DNA from: Gemmatimonadota bacterium
Lineage (GTDB): Bacteria > JAAXHH01
Assembly: GCA_009837395.1 (NCBI GenBank)
Contig: VXTP01000030.1
Span: 19,211-83,210, forward strand
DNA length: 64,000 nucleotides
Direction: 5' to 3'
The position numbers and the translations under genes are program-made. Shown here piece after piece: positions 1-9,675 of this stretch (its first letter is position 1; every line of letters starts with the position of its first letter). The notes beneath the pieces are model-generated. The model was given only the letters and a program-made list of their open reading frames with translations. It was not told where the DNA came from and did no database searches.

Positions 1-440
1 ACGCCTGATCCTTCTGCGCCATAATCTGGATCAAATTGCCGCAGGTATCGTCGAAGGCGGCAATAACAACGTCCCCGGCATCCGTAGGCGGCTGTACGAA
101 TCGCACACCCTTTGCCACGAGCCGCTCGTGTTCGGCTTCGACGTTGTCGACCGTGAAGGCGGTCCAGGGAATACCGTCCTCCACGAGGGCCTTCTTGAAC
201 GGTCGCATCGGGGGATAGGCGTCAGGTTCGAGCACCAGCTCCGTTCCATCCGGATCATCCTCGGATACCAGGGTGATCCAGGAATGTTCTCCCAGGGGTA
301 TGTTGTGCTTCAACTGGAAGCCGAGTGTTTCCGTGTAGAATCGAAGCGCCTTCTGCTGGTCATCTACGGTGACGCTGGTGTGTGTGATTCTCATTGCTCG
401 ATGTCCTCCTCTGGTGGGTATGAAGCGTGAGTCCGGGAAA

Positions 441-1454
441 CTAAGCGGTATTTAAAACAACGGGATGCCCCGCGTCAATGGACGCGTGCACGGCGTCGAT
501 GACCCGCATGTTGCCCAGGCTGTTTTCCGGTGGTATCCGGTGCGGCCGGCCGGATTCGAGGCAGTCGCAAACGTGCCGCAGTTGTTCGGTGAACTGAAAG
601 ACCGGGGCGAACCGGATGGTTCTTTCTTCCCCGTCGTTTTTTCGGATTTCCAGCGCGACCGGGTGATCTTCGTTGTTCCAAGCCATGTCCATCCGCATAT
701 AGCCGTCCGTACCGAACACCTCGAACTCCTGAGAACTATGGAACCGGAAGGAAAAAGCGCATTGCGCGCTGATCTCGCCGGGGAATTCAAATTGCGCCAG
801 GACGGACTCGGGCACACGGGACCGCTGGCCGTAGTGGCCGCGGGCATGGACGAGGTACGGTTCGCTTCCCGCGATGAACCGGGCGTGGTGGATGCAGTAA
901 CATCCCAGGTCGTAGGTGGCACCGCCCCGCTTGTCCCGGTTGAACCGCCAGTTGTAATCCGGTCTCAGATTACCTGGATCCACCGCCGCGGTAAAGGTGT
1001 TGCGGATCAATTTGACCTGACCGATCTCACCGGCTTCGATGAGCTCCTTCGCCCTGAGATGGCACGGGTGGTGGCGGAACTTGAAGGCCTCGGCGAGCAG
1101 GACGCCGTGCTCCCGAGTGGCTTCGATCATGGCTTCGCACTCGGCCGCCGTCGAACTGATGGGTTTCTCGCAGAGAATCGCCCTGACCCGGCCGGTCCGC
1201 GCGGCCCGTACGGCGATGTCGGCGTGTGAATCGCCCCAGGTGCAGACGGACAGGATGTCGATTTCCTCCTCCCGCAGCATGCGTTCCAGGTCCGTGTGGC
1301 GGCAGGAGACCCCGAAGGTCTCGCCGAACCGGTCCAGCGACTCCTCCGAGACGTCGCAGATCGCGGCGAGTTCCGCTTCGGGCGCTTCACGGGCCGCCCT
1401 GCCGTGGCAGTGCGCGATGCCGCCCACGCCGACGATGCCCACCCTGAGGGCCAT
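441..1454 (-). CDS. Gfo/Idh/MocA family NAD(P)-dependent oxidoreductase
   Basis: The N-terminus MALRVGIVGVGGIAH forms a Rossmann GxGxxG motif, and the C-terminal domain looks like the Gfo/Idh/MocA fold. I used the internal ATG at 1454 (residue 260 of the 596-aa track ORF); the upstream extension is a GC artefact overlapping the neighbouring gene. Confidence 0.8.
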   Translation of the reverse strand: MALRVGIVGVGGIAHCHGRAAREAPEAELAAICDVSEESLDRFGETFGVSCRHTDLERMLREEEIDILSVCTWGDSHADIAVRAARTGRVRAILCEKPISSTAAECEAMIEATREHGVLLAEAFKFRHHPCHLRAKELIEAGEIGQVKLIRNTFTAAVDPGNLRPDYNWRFNRDKRGGATYDLGCYCIHHARFIAGSEPYLVHARGHYGQRSRVPESVLAQFEFPGEISAQCAFSFRFHSSQEFEVFGTDGYMRMDMAWNNEDHPVALEIRKNDGEERTIRFAPVFQFTEQLRHVCDCLESGRPHRIPPENSLGNMRVIDAVHASIDAGHPVVLNTA

Positions 1455-1471
1455 GGTGATTTCCCTTTCGT

Positions 1472-2317
1472 TCAGGCCGAACGTCTCAAATCCAATATCT
1501 TCGCCGCCGGTCCCACCAGGAACAGCGCGTACAGCGGCGCGTTCACGATTTCGAAGAGCCGCAGGATCATCTCTGCCAGCGCCACAAGAAAAGCCACCCC
1601 GATGCGGCCGTTGCGCGAGGACACGGACGTGGCTGGATCCGTGACCATGAAGAAGGCCATGAGCTGGTACATGGGGCCGGTGATGGGCGCGACTTCGGAC
1701 AGGAACGGGGTCCCGGTCATCAAGGACCGCACGTAGGCGAGCGCTACGAAGGACGCGGCGTAGGTGAAGGTAACGTGAAAACGCTTCGCCCGCCAGAGGA
1801 TGACCGAACCCAGCACCCAGATCACGGCCATGGCCCAGAGGTCGTTGCCCCACTGCTCGCTCAGGGCGGCCACGGTCCCGGGCGCGGCGAAGAGCACCAC
1901 GCAGATGCCCAGGTTGGATGGATTCCACAGGTGCCGGCCCCTGAAGCGGAGGACGTACTTCGACAGGATGGAAAGCAGGCTGGCGATGGCGTAGGGCCAC
2001 AGGGCAAGCGACCTCAGCAGGATCCCGCAGCTGATCCCGGTGATGTACGCGCTGGCGGGGTTGAGCCACCTGCCCGTCAGCAGGCGGCCCAGGGCTAGCT
2101 CCGCCGCCAGGGCCACGGAGATCGCCGTGAACAGTTGCGACAGGTCGTGGAGGAATCCCACGTAGAGCTGGCCGAAGACCAGGATCAACGTGATCAGGCC
2201 GGAGGACAGGTACCGCGGATCGATCTGCCATCCCGTCCCACTCGGCGTTCCCGGCGGCGGACCCGGCGTCCCGGCGCTTCCTGTCGAACCGGCCGCCGCG
2301 GCCTTCGATGCGTCCAT
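1472..2317 (-). CDS. polytopic membrane protein, RnfD/NqrB-like (NQR2_RnfD_RnfE-type), start MDASKAAAAG
   Basis: It has about 8 hydrophobic helices and a C-terminal FFMVTDPATS motif resembling the conserved (F)M(A)TDP motif of RnfD/NqrB. Its start ATG at 2317 overlaps the TAA stop of the upstream CRTAC1 gene by 1 nt (TAATG). Confidence 0.5.
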   Translation of the reverse strand: MDASKAAAAGSTGSAGTPGPPPGTPSGTGWQIDPRYLSSGLITLILVFGQLYVGFLHDLSQLFTAISVALAAELALGRLLTGRWLNPASAYITGISCGILLRSLALWPYAIASLLSILSKYVLRFRGRHLWNPSNLGICVVLFAAPGTVAALSEQWGNDLWAMAVIWVLGSVILWRAKRFHVTFTYAASFVALAYVRSLMTGTPFLSEVAPITGPMYQLMAFFMVTDPATSVSSRNGRIGVAFLVALAEMILRLFEIVNAPLYALFLVGPAAKILDLRRSA

Positions 2318-4116
2318 TATCCCTCCGGTTCCGTCACGGTGTGCAGCCGATTGATTTCGGGACGCTCCAGTGTCTGCACCGTCCCGCCCGGCCAGCGTAT
2401 ATCGACCCGTTCGATCTCCGTGGCGGCCCCCATTCCGAAATGCCGTCGCCGCTGGCTCTGGGCGGCGAAACTCGCGCCCGCCGTCACGACCTGGAGCTGC
2501 TGCCGGCCGTCCCGGAATACCCGGACCTCCGCGCCGATGGCGCTCGCGTTGCTGCGTGTGCCCTTCAGTTCGAAGGAAATCCACGCGGTTCCCTGCTCGA
2601 CCTCGTTCCGGTACAGGACCAGGGGACCGTCCTGGTTGGCCACCACCACGTCGAGCACGCCCCGGTTGAACAGGTCGGCGAAGGCGACCCCCCTGCCGTC
2701 GTACCGGTCGTTTACGCCGACGGTTTCCGCCACGTCGTAGAAGCGCCCGTTGCCGTCGTTCAGGTACAGCCTGGACCGCTCGAATCCCGAAAGGCTCTGA
2801 TCGCCCATGGGCGCCCAGTTCCGCACGTCCTGGAAGATGTTGTTGTTGCCCATGGCGACCCGCGACATTTCGTACCAGTAGTCCTCTTCCGGATCGGCCG
2901 AAACGAAGCCGTTGGTGACGAACAGGTCCACGAAACCGTCGTTGTTCAGGTCCCCGAACTGCGCACCCCAGGCCCAGCCCGCGTCGGCGATCTCGCCCTC
3001 CGCGATGTTGAGCATCCGGCCGTTTTCCTCGATCAGGTTGCGGCGGAGATTGTTCCCCTGGAACAGGTAGCCGCGCTTCGAGATATTCGTCACGTAGACG
3101 TCCGCGCGACCGTCATTGTACAGGTCGCCGAAGGCCACGTTCATGCCGCTCTTGGAGGTCTCCTCCAGCGTGGTTCCGGCGGGCTGCTCGAAACGCTTCC
3201 CTTCGATGTTGAGGAGGAGCACCTCGGGACCGTAATCGTTGGCCAGGTACAGATCGGGCCATCCGTCGCCGTTCAGGTCCGCCGCGCCGACGGACATGGT
3301 CCACCGCGTGCAGTCCGCCCCGTAGGATTCCGTCACGTCCTCGAAGCGGCCGTTTCCCCGGTTCAGGAAGAGGTAGTTGTGGCCGCCGTTGTTCGCGTAT
3401 TCGAAACTCTCCTGCATGATTCGCGTGGTCGTAACCTGCCACAGGTCATGGACTTCCGAGAAATACCCGCCCACGTAAAGATCGATCAGGCCGTCCCGGT
3501 CGACGTCCGTCCACACCGCGCTGTTGGCGTTCATCCACCGGTCGAGTCCGGCCGTGCCGGTCACGTCCTCGAAGGTTCCGTCGCCCTGGTTCCGATACAG
3601 GCGCTGCCGGCCCCACATGTAGATGAGAACGTCCTCGAATCCGTCGTTGTCGTAATCCCCCCACACCGAGCCCATGGACACGCCCCCGTCCCCGTTCACA
3701 TCGGCCAGGCCGGCCTCTCCGGCGACCTCCGCGAAACTGCCGTCGCCCAGGTTCCGGTACAGGGCGTTCGGCGTCCCTTTGCGGCTGCTGGTCGCGTACA
3801 GGTCCTGCCACCCGTCGTTGTCGTAATCCACGACCGAGACGGATGCCCCGAGGGCAGAGATATGAGGCATGATCGGGTCGAGCTGCGGGTCGAGTACCGG
3901 CTTTGCATGGACGAAGTCAATACCGGCTGCCGCCGTCGCATCGGTCAACAGGAACCCGTACCGGCCCGCGTTCGCCGCGTCCGTCTCGCGTATGCCTGTC
4001 TCTCGTACGGCCGTATCGCGCGACAGCCATCGGTCGAGAAAGAAGGGAGTAATGATCAGAATGATGAAAAGGACGGTAGCCGATGTCCGTATCGTACTGG
4101 AGGAGGCTGGTGACAT
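2317..4116 (-). CDS. CRTAC1-family protein (FG-GAP/VCBS repeats plus C-terminal ASPIC/UnbV domain), N-terminal signal anchor
   Basis: It has at least seven D-x-D/N-x-DG-x-x-D repeats (DYDNDGWQDLY, DVDRDGLIDLY, DLNGDGWPDLY, DLNNDGFVDLF and others). The C-terminus (RWPGG..TVQTLE) is ASPIC/UnbV-like. The start MSPASSS..ILIITPFFL lies at the ATG at 4116. Confidence 0.85.
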   Translation of the reverse strand: MSPASSSTIRTSATVLFIILIITPFFLDRWLSRDTAVRETGIRETDAANAGRYGFLLTDATAAAGIDFVHAKPVLDPQLDPIMPHISALGASVSVVDYDNDGWQDLYATSSRKGTPNALYRNLGDGSFAEVAGEAGLADVNGDGGVSMGSVWGDYDNDGFEDVLIYMWGRQRLYRNQGDGTFEDVTGTAGLDRWMNANSAVWTDVDRDGLIDLYVGGYFSEVHDLWQVTTTRIMQESFEYANNGGHNYLFLNRGNGRFEDVTESYGADCTRWTMSVGAADLNGDGWPDLYLANDYGPEVLLLNIEGKRFEQPAGTTLEETSKSGMNVAFGDLYNDGRADVYVTNISKRGYLFQGNNLRRNLIEENGRMLNIAEGEIADAGWAWGAQFGDLNNDGFVDLFVTNGFVSADPEEDYWYEMSRVAMGNNNIFQDVRNWAPMGDQSLSGFERSRLYLNDGNGRFYDVAETVGVNDRYDGRGVAFADLFNRGVLDVVVANQDGPLVLYRNEVEQGTAWISFELKGTRSNASAIGAEVRVFRDGRQQLQVVTAGASFAAQSQRRRHFGMGAATEIERVDIRWPGGTVQTLERPEINRLHTVTEPEG

Positions 4117-4133
4117 GGCCTGAATAGACAAGT

Positions 4134-4150
4134 TGTCCAGCGGGTGGACA
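4134..4150. promoter_or_regulatory. perfect inverted repeat TGTCCA-N5-TGGACA immediately upstream of CRTAC1 start (operator-like)
   Basis: The sequence tgtccagcgggtggaca sits 18-34 nt upstream of the ATG at 4116 on the minus strand. Confidence 0.3.
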
Positions 4151-4229
4151 GACGGGAATGTCACGTGTATTCCGAAGGGTCCAGGTGCCGTTTCAAGGTA
4201 GAAGCCCGTCGCCGGCCTGTCAAGATGGA

Positions 4230-4258
4230 TTGACACGGCCGGCGGGAAGCACTATAAA
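4230..4258 (+). promoter_or_regulatory. sigma70-type promoter TTGACA-N17-TATAAA for SBP gene
   Basis: The -35 hexamer is a perfect ttgaca (4230-4235). A 17-nt spacer separates it from tataaa (4253-4258). The promoter lies about 70 nt upstream of the ATG at 4328. Confidence 0.4.
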
Positions 4259-4327
4259 CTCACCATCAGCCTGATACGCAGGCCGGTCGAAGTTTCCATA
4301 GCGAATCATACCCTAATGGAGTGATCA

Positions 4328-5125
4328 ATGAGGACATTCTGTTTACGCGCCATCCCATCGCTTCTTCTACTTGCCATCCTGAGCGTCCTTTCAGCAGACA
4401 TCCACGCCCAGACCTCCCTGCTGGACCGGATCCGGGAACGGGGCGAGATCCGGATCGGGACGACCGGCGACTACAAGCCGTTCACCTATCTGAATCCGGA
4501 AACCGGTACCTACGAGGGCATGGACATCGACGCGGCGCATCTGCTCGGTGAAGCCCTCGGCGTCAGTGTCCGGTTCGTACCCACGACCTGGAGCAACCTG
4601 ACCGAAGACACCCTGAACGACCGGTTCGAACTGGCCATGGGCGGAATTACCCGGACGCTGACACGTCAGAAAGTCCTGGCCCTTACCGACCCCTATGTCA
4701 CCATCGGTAAATCGGCGCTCATCAGAAAGTCCGACCGCAACCGTTTCAGGGGCCTGCAGGACATGGACCGGCCCTGGGTACGGATCGGAGTAAACCACGG
4801 CGGTACCAACGAAGCCTTCGTGCGAGCAAACATCCGGCAGGCAACGATCGTCATGTTCGAAAATAACCTGGACGTCCAGCCGGCCGTGGCGGAGGGGGAC
4901 GTGGACGTCATGTTCACGGACAACGTGGAGGCGGTGATCTACGCGAGACAGAATCCGGTACTGTACGCCGTGAGTCCGGGCGAACCGTTGACCCGGGAAG
5001 ATATCGGATACATGACCGTCCGCGGCGACCAGCCCTTCATCAACTTCCTCAACCTGTGGCTGTACCAGATGGAACAGAAGGGAACGCTGGATGGGCTGAG
5101 GAGTAAATGGATCGGAGAATACTGA
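4328..5125 (+). CDS. periplasmic substrate-binding protein, family 3 (SBP_bac_3; amino-acid-binding or cyclohexadienyl-dehydratase-like), signal peptide
   Basis: It has the signal peptide MRTFCLRAIPSLLLLAILSVLSADIHAQ. The GTTGDYKPF..GMDID motif is typical of PBPb/family-3 substrate-binding proteins. No permease or ATPase gene is adjacent. Confidence 0.8.
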   Translation: MRTFCLRAIPSLLLLAILSVLSADIHAQTSLLDRIRERGEIRIGTTGDYKPFTYLNPETGTYEGMDIDAAHLLGEALGVSVRFVPTTWSNLTEDTLNDRFELAMGGITRTLTRQKVLALTDPYVTIGKSALIRKSDRNRFRGLQDMDRPWVRIGVNHGGTNEAFVRANIRQATIVMFENNLDVQPAVAEGDVDVMFTDNVEAVIYARQNPVLYAVSPGEPLTREDIGYMTVRGDQPFINFLNLWLYQMEQKGTLDGLRSKWIGEY

Positions 5126-5149
5126 TATAGGAATTTTGATAGAATTGTA

Positions 5150-5178
5150 TTGCGATTTCGCCTTTCCCGCCCTATTAT
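5150..5178 (+). promoter_or_regulatory. candidate sigma70 promoter TTGCGA-N17-TATTAT upstream of pyrG
   Basis: The hexamers ttgcga (5150-5155) and tattat (5173-5178) are separated by 17 nt. They lie in an AT-rich intergenic stretch. An AAGGAG ribosome-binding site follows at 5212-5217. Confidence 0.3.
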
Positions 5179-5225
5179 ATGTGCGGCCTCATTCAAATCC
5201 CAAATCCTGAACAAGGAGCAAGTCC

Positions 5226-7010
5226 TTGGCCGGTGCCCCGGACTATAGCGACGATGTGTTTTTTGATGAAGTCGACCTGGACGCCCACAGCGCCAAGACC
5301 GTAGAATCCGAGGCCATCGAGTTCTTCCCCACCGATTACCGCATCGGCCGGACCAAGTACATCTTCGTCACCGGCGGCGTCATGTCCGGCGTGGGCAAGG
5401 GCGTCTTCAGCGCCTCCCTTGGACACCTGCTCAAGCATTACGGATTCACGGTCTCCCAGATCAAGATCGACGGCTACCTGAACCAGGACGCCGGCACCAT
5501 CAATCCCTACCGCCACGGGGAAGTGTTCGTGCTCGAGGACGGCACCGAATGCGACATGGACCTGGGTACCTACGAACGCTTCCTCGACGATAACCTGAAC
5601 CGGAACAACTACATCACGTCGGGCCGGGTGTACCGGATCATCCTCGACAAGGAACGGCGGGGCGAGTACCTGGGCCGGGACGTACAGGTCGTGCCCCACG
5701 TGACGGGCGAGATCAAGAACCTGATCCGGACCAAGGCACATGAAGGACCCTACGACATCCTGGTCGTCGAGATCGGCGGCACCGTCGGGGATATCGAGAA
5801 CATCCATTTCATCGAGGCCGCCCGCGAGATGCTCTACGACGAGGGACGGGACAACGTCATGTCGGTCCATGTCACGCAGGTGCCCTACAACGCGTCCGCC
5901 GGGGAATTGAAGACCAAGCCCACGCAGCACAGCGTCAAGGCGCTGCTGCAGCTGGGCATCCAGCCCGATATCGTGGTGTGCCGCTCGGCCATACCCCTGA
6001 ACAAGAGCGTCCGCCAGAAGATCAGCCTCTTCTGCAACATCGCCGAGGACCGCGTGGTCAGCAGTCCGGACACGGATTCCATCTACCGGGTGCCGGCCCT
6101 GCTCGACCGCCAGGAGACGGTGCAGATCGTCGCCGACAAGCTGAACGTCAACCTCCCGCAGCGTACCGACCAGCGTCCCGAGATGTTCGACATCTACCTG
6201 AAGTACCTGTCGGGAAGCCACCCCGAAGTACGCATCGCCATCACCGGCAAGTACACGGCGCTCCACGATTCCTACGTGAGCATCCTGAACGCCCTGGACC
6301 ACAGCAAGGTCACCGTGGGCGCCGAGATCGCCACCGAGTGGATAGACACGACCGATTTCTCGAGTGATCAGGCGCTGGACGAGGGCATGCTGGACGGGAT
6401 TTCAGGGATCATCGTGCCCGGCGGCTTCGGCGAGCGGGGCGCCGAAGGCAAGATCCGGTTCATTCAGTACGCCAGGGAGAACGGGTTGCCGTTCCTGGGC
6501 CTGTGCTACGGCTTCCAGCTGGCCGTGGTGGAGTTCGCGCGCAACGCGTGCGGCATGCTGGAAGCCGCCCACGCGGAATTCGACACGGAGACGGAAACGC
6601 CGGTCATCTACCTGTTGCCCGACCAGCGAAAGCTGACCGGCATGGGGGCCACGATGCGGCTCGGAGGACACGAAGTGAAAGTGAAGGCCGGCACGGAAGC
6701 CCACCGCTGCTACGGATCGGAAGCGGCCGTCGAACGGTTCCGCCACCGGTACGAGTTCAACAACCAGTACAGGGAACTTATCGAGCACAAGGGCATGGTG
6801 TTCTCGGGGATGACGCCCGACGAGGAGATCATGCAGATCCTGGAAATCCCCACGCACCCCTTCTTCGTAGGAACCCAGTTCCACCCCGAGTTGACCAGCC
6901 GTCCTTACAGACCCCACCCCTTGTTCAGAGGCCTGGTGCAGGCCGCATTGACGTACGCGGAATCAGCAGAAAACCGGCAGGTGGCCATGGAGGCCGGGCA
7001 AGCGGAATAG
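5226..7010 (+). CDS. pyrG: CTP synthase
   Basis: The KYIFVTGGVMSGVGKG motif, a glutamine amidotransferase C-domain (GLCYGFQ, HPE) and full length all support this call. The TTG start has an AAGGAG 9 nt upstream, though the start could lie later. Confidence 0.95.
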   Translation: MAGAPDYSDDVFFDEVDLDAHSAKTVESEAIEFFPTDYRIGRTKYIFVTGGVMSGVGKGVFSASLGHLLKHYGFTVSQIKIDGYLNQDAGTINPYRHGEVFVLEDGTECDMDLGTYERFLDDNLNRNNYITSGRVYRIILDKERRGEYLGRDVQVVPHVTGEIKNLIRTKAHEGPYDILVVEIGGTVGDIENIHFIEAAREMLYDEGRDNVMSVHVTQVPYNASAGELKTKPTQHSVKALLQLGIQPDIVVCRSAIPLNKSVRQKISLFCNIAEDRVVSSPDTDSIYRVPALLDRQETVQIVADKLNVNLPQRTDQRPEMFDIYLKYLSGSHPEVRIAITGKYTALHDSYVSILNALDHSKVTVGAEIATEWIDTTDFSSDQALDEGMLDGISGIIVPGGFGERGAEGKIRFIQYARENGLPFLGLCYGFQLAVVEFARNACGMLEAAHAEFDTETETPVIYLLPDQRKLTGMGATMRLGGHEVKVKAGTEAHRCYGSEAAVERFRHRYEFNNQYRELIEHKGMVFSGMTPDEEIMQILEIPTHPFFVGTQFHPELTSRPYRPHPLFRGLVQAALTYAESAENRQVAMEAGQAE

Positions 7011-7128
7011 CTTAGAAGATGGACGTGCGTCCGGTCGACGATGACGGTGGTGTTTCTGGTCAGCAGTGACGGTCGCGTGTCCGGTCAGGCGGGCGGCCCG
7101 GGCAGCTACCCGGGATCTTACTACAGGC

Positions 7129-7374
7129 TCAGTTGGCCTGTTTCGTCAGCCTGGATTTGATGCGGGCGGCGGTCCGCCGGTGCATCACGCCGCGCTTGAC
7201 GGCTTTGTCCAGCTTGGAATAGGCCTGTCCAAGGAGTCCGGGCGCCGCTTCGGCGTCCGAATTCTCGCGCAAGCGCTTGATGGCGGTTCGGAGGGCGGAC
7301 TTGACCGTGGCGTTACGGCGCTGACGCACACTTTCTTGGCGCAAACGCTTCTTGGATGAAACGAGGGTCGGCAA
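7129..7374 (-). CDS. rpsT: 30S ribosomal protein S20
   Basis: The 81-aa product reads SKKRLRQESVRQRRNATVKSALRTAIKRL, a basic helical protein with the S20 signature. It has a TTG start. Confidence 0.85.
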   Translation of the reverse strand: MPTLVSSKKRLRQESVRQRRNATVKSALRTAIKRLRENSDAEAAPGLLGQAYSKLDKAVKRGVMHRRTAARIKSRLTKQAN

Positions 7375-7575
7375 CTTTTACTCCCTTAACACACTGTATC
7401 GTCAAAACACCGCACGGCGTTTCGGCCGATGCGTCCTGTTGTGATGCGGCCTGTCTTCCGGCTCGCACGGTCCTGTTGAAATCAGGATCAAATTAGCTGG
7501 CGAGCCGCTGGAAGTCAAGGTTAAATTGAATCCCGACGCCACGCCGCTCGAATCCACGTAACGGACGGACCTCCC

Positions 7576-9411
7576 ATGGCTGTTGAACCCACGGAAATCG
7601 AAAAGAAGCTCAAGTCCCTCCCCGGCAAACCGGGCGTGTACCTGATGAAAGACGCCCGGTCGCGCATCATCTACGTGGGCAAGACCCGCGCGCTGCGGCA
7701 GCGGATCCGCTCGTATTTCCAGAAAACCCGTCTCACGTCGCCCAAGGCCGTCGCCCTGGCCAGTCGGATTCGCGACTTCGACTACGTGGCCACCGAATCG
7801 GAGGTCGACGCGCTGCTCCTGGAAGACCATCTCATCAAGGAGCACAAGCCGAAGTACAACGTGATGCTGCGCGACGACAAGTCCTTTCCCTTCATCCTGG
7901 TGACCAACGAGGCCTTTCCGCGGGTCGTCGTTACGCGGAACGTCCGGCAGGACGGGGCCCGGTACTTCGGCCCCTACACCAACGTGAAGGCCATGCGAAG
8001 GACGATCGACCTGGTCCGGAAGGTCTTCCCGCTGCGCACCTGTCCCAGTGCGAAGGCGTGGCCGGCCATGGACCGGCCCTGCCTCGACTACTACATCGAC
8101 CGCTGTCCCGGACCGTGCAAGGGACATATCGGCGAAGAGGGCTACGGCGAAATCATCGAGCAGGTGTGCCAGTTCCTCTCTGGCAGGACGAAGGACCTGC
8201 TGAATCAGCTGAAGGAACGCATGGCGCGGGCGTCGGAGCAACTGCAGTTCGAACTGGCGGGACGCATTCGCGACCAGATCGTCGCCATCGAGAAGACGAC
8301 GATCCGCCAGCGGGCTATATCGAGCAGGGAAGTGGACCGGGACATCATCGGGCTCGCCAGGAACGGTACCGACGTGTGCGGGGCGGTCCTGCAGGTCCGG
8401 GAGGGCAAGCTGCTGGGCAAGGAGCATTTTTTCCTGACGGCGCCTGAAGAGTCGACGGAACCGGAGACGCTGGGCGCTTTCCTGACCCAGTACTACCTCG
8501 CCGCGCAGCTCTGGCCCGACGAGATCCTGCTGAGCGGGGAACCGGACGGCATGGAGACGTTCCGGGAATGGATGGCCCGGAAGCGTGGTTCCAAGGTCGA
8601 AATCGCCGTGCCCCTCCGGGGTGACAAGGCCGCCATGGTCCGGCTTGCCGTGCAGAACGCCGAACTGCAGCTGAACACCCACGCGTTGAAACGAGCTGAA
8701 GCAAAGGTCCGCCGCAGCATGCCCGCCTCGGTGGGATCCCTGCAGGAAATCCTCTCACTCGAGGCGCCGCCGAGACGCGTCGAGACCTTCGACATCTCCA
8801 ACATACAGGGTTCGGACCCTGTAGCCTCTATGGTCTGCTTCGTGGACGGCCGGCCCCGGAAGTCGGACTACCGGAAATTTAAGGTCCGGGACGTGATCGG
8901 CCCCAATGACTTCGCCATGATGCAGGAAGTGGTCGGCCGGCGGTACCGTCGGCTGATCGACGAGAACAAGCCCCTTCCGGACCTCGTGCTCATCGACGGC
9001 GGAAAGGGGCAGCTCTCCAGCGTACGGCAGGTCCTGAACGAACTGGGCCTGGTCGACCTGCCCGTCATCGGCCTGGCGAAGCGCCTGGAGGAAGTCTTCC
9101 GGCCGGGCCAGTCCGAACCGATCCTCGTTCCCCGGTCCTCGCCGGCCCTGAAGATGCTCATGCAGGCCCGGGACGAGGCCCACCGATTCGCCGTGACCTT
9201 TCACCGGCAGCAGCGGGGAAGGCGCATGATCCGGTCGGAACTGGACAACATACCCGGGGTGGGACCGAAGCGGAAACAGCAGTTGATCCTGGCGCTCGGC
9301 TCCGTGGAGAACATCCGGAAATGCTCTGAGGAAGAACTGAGGACGGTCCAGGGCGTGGGCAAAGACGCGGCGCGCAAAGTGTACCGGTATTTCCATCCGG
9401 AAGCATCCTGA
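7576..9411 (+). CDS. uvrC: excinuclease ABC subunit C
   Basis: It carries an N-terminal GIY-YIG motif (PGVYLMKD..IIYVGKTRALRQRIRSYF), UvrBC-interacting and RNaseH-like domains, and a C-terminal HhH (NIPGVGPKRK). The 611 aa length fits. Confidence 0.95.
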   Translation: MAVEPTEIEKKLKSLPGKPGVYLMKDARSRIIYVGKTRALRQRIRSYFQKTRLTSPKAVALASRIRDFDYVATESEVDALLLEDHLIKEHKPKYNVMLRDDKSFPFILVTNEAFPRVVVTRNVRQDGARYFGPYTNVKAMRRTIDLVRKVFPLRTCPSAKAWPAMDRPCLDYYIDRCPGPCKGHIGEEGYGEIIEQVCQFLSGRTKDLLNQLKERMARASEQLQFELAGRIRDQIVAIEKTTIRQRAISSREVDRDIIGLARNGTDVCGAVLQVREGKLLGKEHFFLTAPEESTEPETLGAFLTQYYLAAQLWPDEILLSGEPDGMETFREWMARKRGSKVEIAVPLRGDKAAMVRLAVQNAELQLNTHALKRAEAKVRRSMPASVGSLQEILSLEAPPRRVETFDISNIQGSDPVASMVCFVDGRPRKSDYRKFKVRDVIGPNDFAMMQEVVGRRYRRLIDENKPLPDLVLIDGGKGQLSSVRQVLNELGLVDLPVIGLAKRLEEVFRPGQSEPILVPRSSPALKMLMQARDEAHRFAVTFHRQQRGRRMIRSELDNIPGVGPKRKQQLILALGSVENIRKCSEEELRTVQGVGKDAARKVYRYFHPEAS

Positions 9412-9675
9412 ACGGTCCGTACCGGGCGGGCGGGAGTGACCCGTTCCGGGCAGGAGGGAGCGGCCCGACGGTGCGCGGAATCAGATTGCGCGGCAGGAGG
9501 AAACGGCTTAGTATGTCTGTAACGGCGTCCGGGTTTAAGTTTGAATAATCCCGGCGCGATTTTGAATACTTCAATGGGTCCAGAAGGGCAGGCTGGCAGC
9601 AGGATCGCAGCCCGTTCGCATTGATACAACGACAGATTACTGACGTCTTCGCATTGGGTTCCGGAGGATACATAC

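Noticed and set aside
441-2231. Long N-terminal extensions in track ORFs (for example 596-aa Gfo, 370-aa membrane protein, 639-aa CRTAC1, 360-aa HpcH, 518-aa cyclase, 349-aa RsmA, 289-aa SDR)
   Set aside because: The extensions overlap neighbouring genes or repeats and lack homology. The internal starts have ribosome-binding sites and give family-typical lengths.
2308-4113. 601-aa plus-strand ORF antisense to the CRTAC1 gene, and other similar long ORFs (5193..6302-, 7402..8682-, 28586..30442-, 51800..54439+, 45270..47510+, 12402..13616-)
   Set aside because: These are GC-rich shadow frames opposite clearly homologous genes (pyrG, uvrC, sdhA, mfd, metG). Their products are Arg/Pro/Gly-rich low-complexity sequences with no motifs.
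7088-7125. CCCGGG..CCCGGG hairpin downstream of rpsT as terminator
   Set aside because: The stem is short and no U-tract follows on the relevant strand, so it was not reported as a feature.
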